A stretch of DNA of 63,312 bases, the filler included, from Choristocarpus tenellus KU-1152 (Eukaryota; Protista; Phaeophyceae): NCBI GenBank assembly GCA_964200185.2. It is 12 parts of 12 records of this genome, joined end to end, with 100 filler letters (N's around TTAATTAATTAA, not from the genome) between each part and the next. Parts side by side here need not be neighbours in the genome. Positions count along the whole stretch, not along the records: positions 26,217 to 29,298 come from CAXNAD020022449.1; positions 29,399 to 38,220 come from CAXNAD020004292.1; positions 38,321 to 44,777 come from CAXNAD020008104.1; 9 more parts are not named here. One strand, 5' to 3'. Under the pieces are notes generated by a model. It searched no databases, had not been told where the DNA came from, and worked only from the letters and a program-made list of their open reading frames with translations. The number at the start of each line of letters is the position of its first letter. Position 1 is the stretch's first letter. The position numbers and the translations under genes were made by a program. Shown here piece by piece: positions 26,580-39,175 of the stretch.

Positions 26580-26705
26580 TGGTAGTAGTAACAGCGGTAG
26601 TAGTAATAGCTGTAATAGTAGTAGGAGTAGTAGTAGTAATAGCAATAGTAATAGTAGTAGCAATAGTAGTAGCAATAGTAGTGGTGGTAGCAGCAGCAGC
26701 AGCTA
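26580..26705 (+). repeat. Imperfect (GTA/GCA)n trinucleotide microsatellite
   Basis: Directly visible; it explains the Val-rich ORF 26471-26743. Confidence 0.9.
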
Positions 26706-26744
26706 CAGTTAAATTTAGCAGCTACAAATTAATGTGCCTGTAGC

Positions 26745-27050
26745 AATGAAGGGTCATGGAGGTAATCTAGGAGGCGTTGGGGTATGACATTGTCATAGAG
26801 ACATATCCAGCCAACTCATCTGGCCTCAACCTCAACAACCTGGGATTCTTTCATTCCACCCAGCAACTGAAGGAAGACTTGGGGGTGACCAACACAGAGG
26901 AACTGGTGGAGGCCACAATGGTTTGATTTGTAATCCCGGGAGACACTAGAGCTTGTCTGGCAGAGCCTCCTCGCAGTCTACGGTAAAGTGCTGGGGTGCA
27001 AGGGTGACAACGTCTTCGAAATTCCCCATCTCAGCACTGAACTGGCTGAG
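26745..27050 (+). mobile_element. DD39D (plant-mariner-type) transposase C-terminal relic
   Basis: YPANSSGLNLNNLGFFHSTQQLK...EELVEAT...ETLELVWQSL...KGDNVFEIPH corresponds to QPPNSPDLNxxDLGFF..IQ...GxNxYKxPH, with a stop and a frameshift. Confidence 0.8.
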
Positions 27051-27818
27051 AAGGGGGTAAGCTCCCCCTTGGGTGCCCTGGTGGATACGATGAAATACCG
27101 TGATGGAATGGAGGTTTGGAGGGCTTCAGGGGAAGAATCATAACTACGTACAGGCTGCACCATTTTGCTTGAGATTTTGGTAGGTGTCCGCGCAATACAC
27201 CCATAAAATATGGAAATGTGAGAAAAAAAATCTTGCTTCTCTATCAGGGCTGCAAAATTTATGTTATTTTTAATTCCGAACGGATGAAGTATATATATTA
27301 ACACCATACTCCGTTCTATTCACAAATATGTGAACACGAACAGGAGGAAATTTTAATTGCTGTAATCTTCCAATATTTTTTGACGTAGAAAAAAACTTTA
27401 TATAATGATTTTTGGGGATTATTGACAAAGCAAGAAGGAAGTTTTGGCATCAAGTTATTGAAAGAACAGCCAAAAGGTTCAAAGCGTCTCTCCTGTAATG
27501 TGAAATATCAACATATTTCCTCGATACAAGGATGGAAAAGTGGTTCGAGTACAGATGTTCAACCTAAGTTAAAATGTCCATCGAGTGTTTTTGCAGTTTA
27601 GTACAAGCCTGACTCTTCCTCCCTTACATGGATTTCGCAGTTTCAAATCCCATTCATACCAGATTTCTTTCGATTACCCGGTTCCACGTGGCAAGTCCAT
27701 TGAAGTAATTGAATACCTTCCTGATACTACTAGGCTGTCTGTCGGAATACCTCAAAATCGCCACACCGTTATTTATGTGGTAATAATGTTAAAACAGTCC
27801 AGCACATTAGTCAAGGGA

Positions 27819-28983
27819 TGAAGCGGAGCGACGATAAGCTGTGAGAGTAACTCAACGCACAAGAAGCAAGGCAAGATTGGAGGTTGGACAATTAGTTATG
27901 TAATGCAACAAGCAGACAATGTAAGTAGTAGTTAGTAGTTATTAATAGTATGAGAAGTAGTACAGCATGTAATGCCTCTGACTGTGGGTCGGGATTGATG
28001 CTTTACTGACTAAAGTATAGACATGTTCCCTCTGTCCGATAAGTCTCATTTTCTCCTGAGGGCGTTCTGGATCCCTTGATCCCCATTGGCAGAGACATGT
28101 ACAGCGTGGTGGCCACAACTTGGTGGATGGAGGGGGAGAAATAGAGTGAGAAGTAATTAACTTAATGCAAGAAACGCCAAGGAATCCAACACAACGAGCA
28201 GCGTCTTCATAGAGGTCTCGTTGAGACGTTATGCCTGATTGAACATCATTTCTAGCCATTTTTGCTCGGTTTTGCTTTTTTTGCTAAATTTACCATTTCA
28301 GAAATTAAACATATTATGAGTTTAGAGGACAGTTTCTCAGCCATTTCGAAATGAAAAATATTTTGAAGATACCTATACAGAAGAAGGCGATGTTTTTGGG
28401 TATCAAACGATATTATTTGTAGTTTCTGAATCTCACGTTTGAAAAAGGTATTCACAAAAACCACAGCGATACAGACCTATTATCGGACAGAGGGAGTAAG
28501 AATATGCCCCATTTATTCTTTGTTCCACTATTTCGGGACCATTTCAGAACAGATTTTTTGTAGAATTCTATGAAAAAAAATAAATTAATGTAGAATATTC
28601 CAAGGAATCCAACGCAAAAGTTCGTTTTGTAATCAGAGGTTATTATCCCAAAAACCTACAATTTAACGGTCCAGATCTATGGGATGAAGGGGGTATAACA
28701 ATAAAAATAATTGTCCGACCAGTCGTTATACTACCAAAAGCATCGGATAAAATTCGACATGGCATCACACTGAGTCAAGTTCGGCACAAACTTTGACAAA
28801 AGGAGCAGCGACGAGTAGTGGGTTTGCTGAACCCAACGGACAACAAGAAGAAAGTTGTGAACAGAGGCATTATTAATCGTAGCAGTAGTTTCACAGTAGT
28901 ATGTGGTAGTATGAGAAGTAGTGGAGTAGGTACTACCTCTGACTACAAGTCAGGTCAGGACAGTCTCCACTAAAGTGAAGACA
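27819..28983 (+). repeat. Pair of diverged ~200-bp direct repeats (27819-28023 and ~28800-28983)
   Basis: Both share GCGACGA...TAGTATGAGAAGTAGT...CCTCTGACT...ACTAAAGT..AGACA and end in CA. Confidence 0.6.
28026..28496. mobile_element. Stowaway-like (Tc1/mariner) MITE
   Basis: TIRs TTCCCTCTGTCCGATAA and TTATCGGACAGAGGGAG, followed by TA on the right and preceded by TG on the left. CTCCCT...AGGGAG termini with TA target are typical of Stowaway. Confidence 0.75.
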
Positions 28984-29232
28984 ACCATTAAAAAAAATTA
29001 GTAGTAGTAGTATAATAATCCAATTCCTCACAAAGAAAATTTGGACATAACAGGGGGATTGATGGGGAATGTTCCCGATCAGCGGTTACTGATGATCGCC
29101 ATCACCATTATTAGAATCTAGTCAATCTTAGGGAAAGTGACACATTCAAGAAAGGATACAAGAATACAAGCAAGGAGAGAGGGACTAGAAGAAGGACTTT
29201 AAATGGGGATCTTCTATGCTGAACAACAGGGA

Positions 29233-29298
29233 ACAGCCGATTTCAAAAATTGAGGATGGAGCTTTCATTGAGGATGGACTTGACCCAAAATTGACTGG
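29233..29298 (+). repeat. Repeat family D end, cut by linker; inverted copy at 48416-48483
   Basis: AACAGCCGATTTCAAAAATTGAGGATGGAGCTTT...TTGACCCAAAATTGACTGG is the near-exact reverse complement of 48416-48483. Confidence 0.8.
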
Positions 29299-30613
29299 NN
29301 NNNNNNNNNNNNNNNNNNNNNNNNNNNNNNNNNNNNNNNNNNTTAATTAATTAANNNNNNNNNNNNNNNNNNNNNNNNNNNNNNNNNNNNNNNNNNNNCC
29401 CCCTCCCAGATACTTTGGGTCCTCACCCTCCTGCTTTGTCTCTCTCCTTTCCATTCCTCCTGTGGATCTTCCCACTCCTCTTCAATCTCAAGAACCTGTC
29501 TGTCCGTTTCCAATTGTTTCACAATGATGTTTCCGACTGGTAGTTGTTTTGGAGTGCTCTATTCGTGGAGAGTGGACAGATATACAATAATAATACTAAT
29601 ATTAAGTAGTTGTGGAGTACCTTACTATTTGTACAGTAGTAGTAGGAACAAAGTTGTAGTAGAAGGGGTACCTTAAGGATGTGTTTATTTTCAGAGAGAT
29701 TATTTCAACTCGACATGTTCAGTACACATTTTTTGGTGAGTAGGCAAAACAATATGTCACGGAAGCTTACTTTTCTAGGCACTCTAAACCACTACATTTG
29801 TAGTATGCGTGACAGATTATCACATCTGCAAAATAAAATCCGTACAAACACGTTTTAGAACAAACTTGACAACGTACATAGTCGCAAAACAAAAAAAGAG
29901 CTACCCAAGTAATGTAGGGACGAAGCCATATTGTAGACATAGGTATCACTATGTCAAAACAAGTCGTGCTCACCTGTTCAATTGAATCGACTACCCAATG
30001 GAAGGTGTCTCCTTTTTTTATACCCACACTACTAGGATTGTGCTTGAAAGAGATTGCTGGCATTGAAATCTTCAACAGGGTCTACTGTTCGCGAGGAACC
30101 CAACGCTGATTCGTCATGTGGAAGGACATTGTTTTAGCTAGTGCACATTTTGTCACGGTTGGAAGTGTGTTTATTAACGAGTGTACAAATTGTCACTATT
30201 GTTTTTGAATGGTATTTAAAAATAGAGCGAACTAGAGACATTTATTTTTTGAGTCCATTGTGTTGTAATAATGCGTATGTTATCTTTGTGGGGCATACAG
30301 CACTCTTCGAATGATGAGTACTGCACTTCAGAAAACAAAGTGTTTTCTGTGGACCATAATACTCCAGTGTATGCATACTAGAGTGATGGCAGTTGCTTTT
30401 GTTGCTTACCGGTCTGTTGTTAAAGCAATACATTTGATTTGTGTGTGTCTACTTCGTACAGCTATCTTGCATCAAAAAATGGGCGGCAATGGATTGTTCA
30501 ACTTGGTGACATTCCATCTTTTGATTGTTCAATTTGAAGGACAAGAGCACACACCATCAACCCAACCAAAACCTTAGTTTAAAATCAATGCACTGGTTAG
30601 TCTTACACCTGAT

Positions 30614-30893
30614 GAGCCAAATCAATTGAGAGGTAGGCAGGTTTGGACCCTTCAGCATTCTCAGACATCTTACTTACCCTGTACATCACCATCTATTTCA
30701 TTGTACATCACCATCTATTTCATTGCTTCTTGCGAACAATAGTGTGTGCAAAATTGATATCCCGCTTTTCCACACTCAAAATGACGCCACAATGAAGCAA
30801 AGGCCTTTCTGCAGTTGTACAAGATGACGCCTTGTTGCCCTTACTCTGGATCCTTGGAATGAGAACCTGCCTACTTCTTAATTGGTTTAGCCC
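30614..30893 (+). mobile_element. MITE family C with ~30-bp TIRs and TGAT duplication
   Basis: GAGCCAAATCAATTGAGAGGTAGGCAGGTT and AACCTGCCTACTTCTTAATTGGTTTAGCCC, with TGAT on both flanks. Internal 22-bp tandem duplication at about 30680-30723. Confidence 0.88.
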
Positions 30894-32551
30894 TGATGAC
30901 AATTGACAAAAGTGTTCACCGGGGTTTCAAAAAGCTGCACCTCTCCCGGACTACTACCACTGATGTATTTTAAAGACTCTTAACTCTCAAAGTGTCTTCA
31001 GTCCAATGTGACTAACTATGCAGTAGCTCTGGAGCTGCTGCTCTAGAGTCTCTATTGGTCAGAGTTTGTAACACAAAAGATACTCAACTACACAACTCTT
31101 GTTCCTAGATGGAATACTTGTATGTAAGAGCAGTAGAGTCAAAGTATCCTAGAGGCGAATAAATTGAACCGTATGCTACCGATCTGCGGGAATCTTTTCA
31201 TTCACTCGGACATCCATCTACTTTCAAAGCTGTGACAATACCTCTATCCAAACGGGTCTCATTTGCCCAGTATCACAACCACAGCAACCAAACATAACAT
31301 GCATGCATTTTCAGCAATGAAATTGGGGGTGAGGGACAAGGTACAAAGTGCCTTAGCAAATCAAATATGCTAACACCTACTCCAGTCTAGGATGCTTTGA
31401 CTCACTTAACACTCTTTCGGGGGTGTTTGGGTTCCATCGTCAAGGCATCCAGTGTGATGGAGGCCAGGCTGAGTGAGAGAGAGAAAAAAAGTGGAGGATA
31501 ATTGCTGCTGAGTCAAAAATGGAACAGAAAAAATGAAATCTTGTTTGATATTGACTGAATACTCTGAGCGAAAGGAAACATGATCTCACCACTACTAGAA
31601 AAAAATGACTACAAAAAAAAATTAACCCCCCCACCCCCCCCCCCCCCAAAAAAAAAAAAAAAAAAAAAAACAAATTAAGCGGAGGTCATTTCTATTGTCG
31701 AATGAATTTCCAGTATTATTAGGACAAAAACCGTAAGAGCATAGAAGGAAAAACAAAAAAAATAAACAAGCTTCATAGAGAGTTCATAGAGTATATTGCT
31801 TTATTATTAGAACAGTTTGCAAGTGTACAAAAGTGACCACACGAGCAGCTTGATCGCAGTCATTAACCAGGACTGGATTTAGGCCTGGTTCAGCACTCTC
31901 TACAACTACCATTATCATACTCCCACACCAGAGGGGTCAGTTCTTCTGTCAGTTGTCCAGCCCTTGAGAACTGAATGCTGCATCCCAGGCATTCTCGCTC
32001 GGCCATCATGTTTACTTCTCCGAAACCATCGCTCCTACATCTGGGGCAATCGCCTATCACGGCATGACAAGTGCTTGTAAGCAGTGGATCCCCTGGAGAA
32101 TAATGCCGTAGGTACAAAGAAGTCCTCCAAATTCATCGCTGAAACAGCATCAGCAGGGGAATACCCGGTGCTGTACTTTGAACCACACCACTAACAAACA
32201 ATGACAAAGAAATGGTGTCCATCAACACAGTGCACAACTTCTACATTTTTTTTGCTGAAGTAACCCTCATAACTCTGCCCTTGCCAAGCTCTCACCACCA
32301 CTGCTATAGCAAGTGGAAGTTTCTCTTGTGGGGCAGGGAAACCGGCTTTAATTTCAGCAAGGAACAAGGAAGCGCTTTCATCAGAAAGGTACATTCTATG
32401 CACCAGATAGATACTTTTAACACAGGAGAAAACCAAACACAATCACAGTAGATACAAAAGAGGCACTTCAAAGGAGGCAAAAACAAGTGAAGACAGACTG
32501 CAATTCACAGCCGTCTCAAGTCCGTTCTCCCACCCCCCACCCAGATACACC

Positions 32552-34060
32552 CTACTCATTCCCAACAGGGCAACCATGCTCTATAGCCCACATCAACGTT
32601 TCCTGGTGTCCTCCCCCCCAAGCACGATGACATGTGTCGATATTCCAAGGACAACCATTAGCCCTCGCCCACTTCAACACGTGTAGGTAACCTCCTCCAG
32701 CAGCAAGGGCACAGGTGTTCTCATCCCACGGGCAGCCATTGGCCCTCGCCCACTCCAAGATGTGCAAATGTCCCCTTTGTGATGCACAAGTACAAGTGTC
32801 CACATTCCAAGGGCAGTCGTTGGCCTTGGCCCACTTCAGGACATCCAAATGCCCCTCCGACGCAGCTTTGGAACATGTTGCCACGCCCCATGGGCAGCCA
32901 TTCGCCCTCATCCATATTAAAATCTCGAGGTGTCCACCTCCCGCAGCAGCTGCGCAAGTGCTCTGGTCCCAAGGGCAACCGTTAGCAATGGCCCACTTCA
33001 AAACATCAAATTGCCCCATCTGGGCTGCACGTCCAGTAGTGATCTCACTCCAAGGGCAACCATTGGCAACAGCCCACTTGAGGACATCTAGGTATCCCCA
33101 TTCGGCAGCCGCAGCAGAGGTAGTTTCATCCCAAGGGCATCCATTGGCCCTCGCCCACTTCATCACCTCTAGCTCCCCCTGCGTCGCAGCATAGGCGCAG
33201 GTATTCTCGTCCCAAGGGCATCCGTTCTCCCTTGCCCACTTAATAACATCCAATTGTCCTAACATTGCAGCATACGAGCAGGTATTCTCATCCCATGGGC
33301 ACCCATTGGCCCTCGCCCACTTCAATGTAGAGAGGTGACCCTCCAACCCCGCATAGACACATGTCCACTCATCCCAAGGACATCCTTCAGTCCTAGCCCA
33401 CTCCAATACCTCTAGGTGTCCCCTTGCCGCAGCAGCCTGACAGGTCGTACCATCCCAACTGCAACCTCCTGCCCTCGCCCACTTCAACAACTCCAGGTGA
33501 CCCCCCAACGCAGCAGCAGTGCATGTGATTTCATCCCAAGGACAGCCCCGTGACCTAGCCCATTCCAGCACCTTCTTGTGCCCTCCTCTTGCTGCCTCAG
33601 CACAGGTAAACTGATTCCAAGGGCACCGATCAGCCCAGGCCCACCTCAAGACATCCAGGTGGCCCCCTTCTGCAGCTTTAGTACACGTGTTCTCGTTCCA
33701 AGGGCAGTCATTGTCCCTGGCATACATGAGAACATCAAGATTACCTTCACCTGCTGCAAGGGAGCAGGTTTTCTCATTCCAAGGATAGTCACAATCCTTT
33801 GCCCATGACAGCCTAGGCAGTGACTGCACCACAGAACTAATGCTGGTCATTGGCTTCCGAACACCCCAAGCATCTCTCCACAACTTGGATACCCCCGCAA
33901 TAAAAATAAAGTCGAGGCCAGATGTGAAGGAAAGGATGTGTTCAATGATATCTCGGCTGGGTGAACAACTGACAGAAAGAGCATTTCCTGCACCAGTTGG
34001 ACTCTTGCCTACACTCCTGCCAGCACCTTCTCCTTCATCCATGTCCCTTCTCTTGACCAT
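32552..34060 (-). CDS. 502-aa ankyrin-repeat protein: F-box-like N-terminus plus 15 tandem 27-aa CPW repeats, uninterrupted ORF
   Basis: DIIEHILSF...FIFIAGVSKLWR followed by repeats with consensus GCPWDExTCxxAAxxGHLxVLKWARAN. No stops or introns in 1509 nt. Confidence 0.93.
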   Translation of the reverse strand: MVKRRDMDEGEGAGRSVGKSPTGAGNALSVSCSPSRDIIEHILSFTSGLDFIFIAGVSKLWRDAWGVRKPMTSISSVVQSLPRLSWAKDCDYPWNEKTCSLAAGEGNLDVLMYARDNDCPWNENTCTKAAEGGHLDVLRWAWADRCPWNQFTCAEAARGGHKKVLEWARSRGCPWDEITCTAAALGGHLELLKWARAGGCSWDGTTCQAAAARGHLEVLEWARTEGCPWDEWTCVYAGLEGHLSTLKWARANGCPWDENTCSYAAMLGQLDVIKWARENGCPWDENTCAYAATQGELEVMKWARANGCPWDETTSAAAAEWGYLDVLKWAVANGCPWSEITTGRAAQMGQFDVLKWAIANGCPWDQSTCAAAAGGGHLEILIWMRANGCPWGVATCSKAASEGHLDVLKWAKANDCPWNVDTCTCASQRGHLHILEWARANGCPWDENTCALAAGGGYLHVLKWARANGCPWNIDTCHRAWGGGHQETLMWAIEHGCPVGNE

Positions 34061-36599
34061 ATTCCTCCACCTTACAATGACAATTTTGTTTCAACCTGGA
34101 ACAAAAACCAGTCCAAGGTAGGTAGATGCAGCATTGATGGTGTGTGGGCTTGATCAGCTTTGCAGCTTGTATCCCAGATGCGCTCTTGCCACAAAAAGAG
34201 GCTAGATGTAATCACTGTGCCATGATGGGTCATAGAAAGCCTTAACAACAGCAAACATTCTCACAAGGGATTACACCTCTAGACCTTCACCATCCTCCCT
34301 CTGCAACTGCAACCACTGATAACCTGAAATGTTAAAGGAACTTCACACCAAGCCATGAACAGTGCTCATTGATACCTTCTCAATGCTGGCACTTGAGAGG
34401 ATCTAGAAGTTGGTACCCCCGTGTACATCTGCAATCTTAAAAAACATCAATACCACTTTCCATGATGCTCAACAACAAATCCAGCACCCAACAGCTCAAA
34501 ACCTCTTGCTGGATAGTAATCTGCTTCCCAGAGTAAGTGATTGGTGCCTGGGCAAAACCCGTCAACGCTGAAACAAAGTGCCACAACAATCTCATCCTCT
34601 GGAACTTGACATATTTCGAAGGTTGTATTGGAAAAAAATAGACAGGAATGCAAATTGGCATGACACACTCACAGGAGGTTGGAGGCGTCTTTTATCACAT
34701 CCGTCCACAGAGCAGTGAGTAGTGATTACAAGCGTTCCTTAAAAATGATGCCAAGGCGTACAATCTTGGGATAGAAAACGAACCCAATTCAATACATCGA
34801 TCGATCAACCCAAAATCTATGTCAAACTGCTATCTCCTCGCCAACTTTGACTTCCCTCCCAAAGGCATTGCAATATATGACATTGGGACATGTATGCACA
34901 ATATTGGTCTCTAGCACCAGAACTTGCCTTCAATCTTTTGCCACCTAACACTGAAGCTTCCTGTGGTTGTCCATTTAAGGGCAAGCAAGCCCTCTGACCT
35001 TCTGCAAGAGATACGAATTCAGGTGTAACATAAGCGGACCATGAAGGTTGAGAGTTATGACATGACACGGTGATATTGGATAGGCAAGGGTCGTGGTTGC
35101 TGCAAGGGGCAAAACTGCGAACGCTTGGACCAGAAGAAACGACAGCGATGGAGAGTGTTAGATGGGTTGCTGCAAGTGAATTTTGTACGTGAGAAAAGCT
35201 GTGTGGAGATGCATCTGCCAGGCAAAGGGGTGACGGGAGGAAGGCAGACTGACACGTGCGCGGTGCGGTCTGCTACATGGTTGGTGAGGTATAGAAGTTG
35301 AGAGTTGATGTACATTAAGGGGGTGACTGTTGCGATCGAGGTGTGGGGGGGCCGAGGTAAACAGTGCTTTAATCCTCCTTCGTATTACAGTCCAGGACAT
35401 GGCTCTGAAGCGAAAGGACGAACGCATGAGCGAGGATTTGGCATTGGATACTGAACCGTAAGTTACGCAGTGAAGGTGCACCAGTAGTACGGAGGGAGGA
35501 GGAAGAAAGGAAATCCAACAACGGAACGAGGTATGCATGGTAATCTCATGTTTGGGCAAGGAACTCCTCGTCTCATTTCAAGAAATATTGATTCCAATGC
35601 CTTTAGTAGAGGGAGGACGAAGAAATGTTATCTAGAAGCGGCGGAAGGCATAGACAGTACACTCAACTTCGATCCGAGGAGCTCATCTCACCTCCACTGT
35701 GTCAAACATTGCCTTTACGACTAAAAATTCATAATGTACCGCTGATTTACAGGACCAGTTTATCTAAAGAAAAACACATGGCCAGAACTCCAAAGATTTA
35801 GAGGGATATATTTGATGAGCAGGACCATGGAATCAATGGGTCCAACATAGAAAACCCACCTCGCAAAATGACTACGACCTATACCCGTTACAAGCTCTTG
35901 GAGCTTCCTCGAAGTATCTATGGAATCTTCCACTTTCACCACCTCGACTGCTGGATAGAACTATAGAGAGCTCCACCAGAGACCTCGTTTAACATGATCT
36001 AGATCACTTCCCTGTTGTTGACCTGTGCTACAGTTAATGCAAGTGTGTCCAATGAATGTTGAATTTTGGAGGGTTTTCTGTCGGCTGTTGATACAACATA
36101 TATTTGGAAATTGGAAATACAGAAAAGGTTTGCAACATGTATCACCCTTTCTTTTCCTTAACGTCCTCAGAATCGGACGGGGTGGTACATGGTATAATTA
36201 ATATTATGAATAGTATTAATAGTATTAATAGTATCAATATATTACAAATAACAATTCAAAGTTGAAACTGGAAAGTTGATTTGAATGAAGTAGTAACTGT
36301 AAACACCACCCAAAAGAAGAAATAAAAGAGACCTACCCCACCAATATATTTTGTTGGATTCGACAAGTTTGTTCAGTCTTACACTACTTGTAGTTTTAAT
36401 GGTATAATAGAATGAAGAGAAGAAAAGTTGTGTTGGAAAAATATATACATTCTAACAATAACTCAATTATTACTCAAAACTGAGATATTGAAGAGAAATG
36501 GATGCGTTAGGTTAATGTGATACCTCCGATTTCATTTAAATATTCCAACCTCTCCAAAGGAAGGTTTGTTCACTCAAGGGGGATCAAAACGGAGGGTTC

Positions 36600-37380
36600 T
36601 GTATTCTCAAATTTTGTGTGGACAAAATCACAAAGGAGATGTGTATTGGTAGGTGGGAAGAGAATGCAGGCATTTCTCCAGGTGACTGGCTTTTTATGAG
36701 TCGAGAAGACAAAGAAAGGCACCTAAAGTTGGCTTCAACTGAAACACATATTTTTATGCGGTTTGCCGTAACTCAGAATTGCCCTGACGCCTCCAGGAAT
36801 CTGCTCGTTGGGGGCGTAAAAGTTTGAAGGGTGCTCGGGAAAAGTTTTATCCTCTGGTGATAAGAAATGGTAGTGGTACATTCGTATGTGCTCAGTGGTG
36901 TTGTTTTCAGTGTCTTGCGCCCCAATTACTCTCATTTCCTGTCCCTGACTAACACCCATATATACTGTCCAATATGTCCACAACGTCCTTCACACTGCTA
37001 GCCTACCTCAAAGGATCATCAGTGTGGAGGATTCAAATTCTCTTGATTAGGATGGTACAATGTCCTTGCTGTGCTGCGTGTGAGGGGGCAAGACAGGTGG
37101 GACTGAGAGCACTAGAGCCAGGGAAGGGAACCAGGGTATCTGCCAGGCCATTGCTGCTCAATGCAACGACGAGTTATTTGACATCAGGTGGAGGTCCAAT
37201 GGAGAAGTAATCAAAGGAATGGAAGGTGACGGACATAAAAGCGGGCAACAGGTTGTGCAAGATTGCAGGGTGTCAACACAGGTCTTACTTCAAGATGAGA
37301 AGTCAAGGAAACTATAATAATCACAAGAGGAACCTGGAACTCCGAACCGAGCGTGTTTTACAATGCCATGACGCCGAAAT
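36600..37380 (+). mobile_element. Possible decayed piggyBac-like transposase 3' region
   Basis: Only broken motifs: KKW*WYI and RLCKIAGCQHRSYFK...QCH. Confidence 0.3.
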
Positions 37381-38995
37381 GACCGCTATACACAATGTTT
37401 GAGAAGTCCTTGCTCATGCTTATGTCACATGTCAAGAGTCTTGGGGATGTACAAGTTCTTGGGGAAGACAAATAGAGTACAGAGAATACCAAATTATATT
37501 TATTGCAGATATTGCCTGCTATACTACCTGTCCCGTAAATCTGCGACGTTACGAATTATCACCTTTTGTTTTGGTCATTTCTTCACGAATATAAAGACTT
37601 TCCCAGTGATGTATGGCTCAAATTGAAGCTCTAGATATAATTTTCGGAGGGGAGTTTCGGCTTTCGAGTTTTGTTCGTAAATAGCTCTGAATCTGTTCCA
37701 AGAAGTGGAACCGAAAAAACGGCCCTTGTCGGCCCCATTTTCAGTGGCTACATTGCGCCCAGTGGCGGATACAACCCATCCATTGTCACACTACATCTCA
37801 GTACCTTGCTAAGAGGCGTACGACTCTCGCTTAGCCTCCGGACCATCTGCAACACGAGTAAGGTAGCCAAGCACCAAGGACCCACATCAATTACAGAATC
37901 GGCCTCAACATGATTCATTGTTAAAGGCGAATAGCGTAAGCGTTTCTTCTTGTATATCAACGAAGTTTGAGCATTTGTTACACGCAAATAGCGCCAGCAT
38001 TTTCTCCTCATGTTTTAGGAAATACGAACAGTTTTTAAAAACGTACAGTGTAAGGATTGTTTCTCGAGTTCTTGCAAGTACGAACTATATACGATATTAG
38101 TAACAAACAGGTAGCCTTACAGAATAAGTTATTATTTTAAGAAGATGCAGAGTAAGACTCGGAATACCTACGTAACATTACAGAGGAAAATGTCAAAGTC
38201 ACTAAGAAGTTCAAGAATATNNNNNNNNNNNNNNNNNNNNNNNNNNNNNNNNNNNNNNNNNNNNTTAATTAATTAANNNNNNNNNNNNNNNNNNNNNNNN
38301 NNNNNNNNNNNNNNNNNNNNGAGTGGGCGTGGCACTGTGGTAGTGTTGTTTTCCGAGGCGCCTTAGCTTGATGTTTTGGTTTTTTTCGCCCCTGCCCTAA
38401 CCCTAGCCCTCCGAAGTATTTCTCGTTTACATGTGGAGAGTACGTAGTGATTGCTGTGCTACTCTTCATGCACACAAAAAGACTTGTGCGATGTGGTCCT
38501 CCTGGTCAGTGCTGTTTTTGGTTTTGATGCCGAGATCTAACAACTCCTAGGTACAATCCTTCTCTGATGATATCACCAGTATCGTACGGTGTGGAATGGG
38601 TCGTTGCTGTCTCTCTCAGATGCCATCTCTCCTTGTAATGCATATACGTAATATATATACAACTCCCTCAACGTTTCACAACACCCTCAACCTTGGCATG
38701 ACTGAATAATTGGTACTATTGATGATTGACAATAGTACTTGAAAGTAGTATTTATTTCCCTAACCCTTAGTAAAGGTTACTATTACCATTTAGTGTATGT
38801 AGTCTATGTATTATTTTTGAAAGTATTTCCCCATACTGTTAATACGCAATATGCGTATATACTGAGATATGTAGGTATGCTTGTATAGGTAGGTGTGTTT
38901 TACATACACATGTCCAGCCAAAGTATCCTGGAGGGGATTTCTCGTGAACTGAAGCCAGGTGACCCCGTGAGAAGCAGTTGTATGTGCTCTCAAGA

Positions 38996-39175
38996 AGAAG
39001 GAAAGACCCAGTGGCATGCAGTCACAAAGACCCATTTTAGTTAACAAGAACACGCCCTAGTATACTTAAGTTCACCCTAACTGTCAAGTAGAAGGAAAGA
39101 CCCAGTGGCATGCAGTCACGAAGACCCCTTGTAGTTAACAAGAGCACGCCTTAGTATACTTCAGTTAACCCTAAC
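38996..39175 (+). repeat. Tandem duplication with ~94-bp period; each unit ends in CCCTAAC
   Basis: AGAAGGAAAGACCCAGTGGCATGCAGTCAC...ACCCTAAC occurs twice with few mismatches. Confidence 0.9.

Noticed and set aside
26471-26743. Hydrophobic Val-rich membrane-like ORF
   Set aside because: It is the translation of a (GTA)n microsatellite.
32715-34121. Plus-strand ORFs with repeated QGQPLA motifs
   Set aside because: Antisense shadows of the ankyrin repeats.
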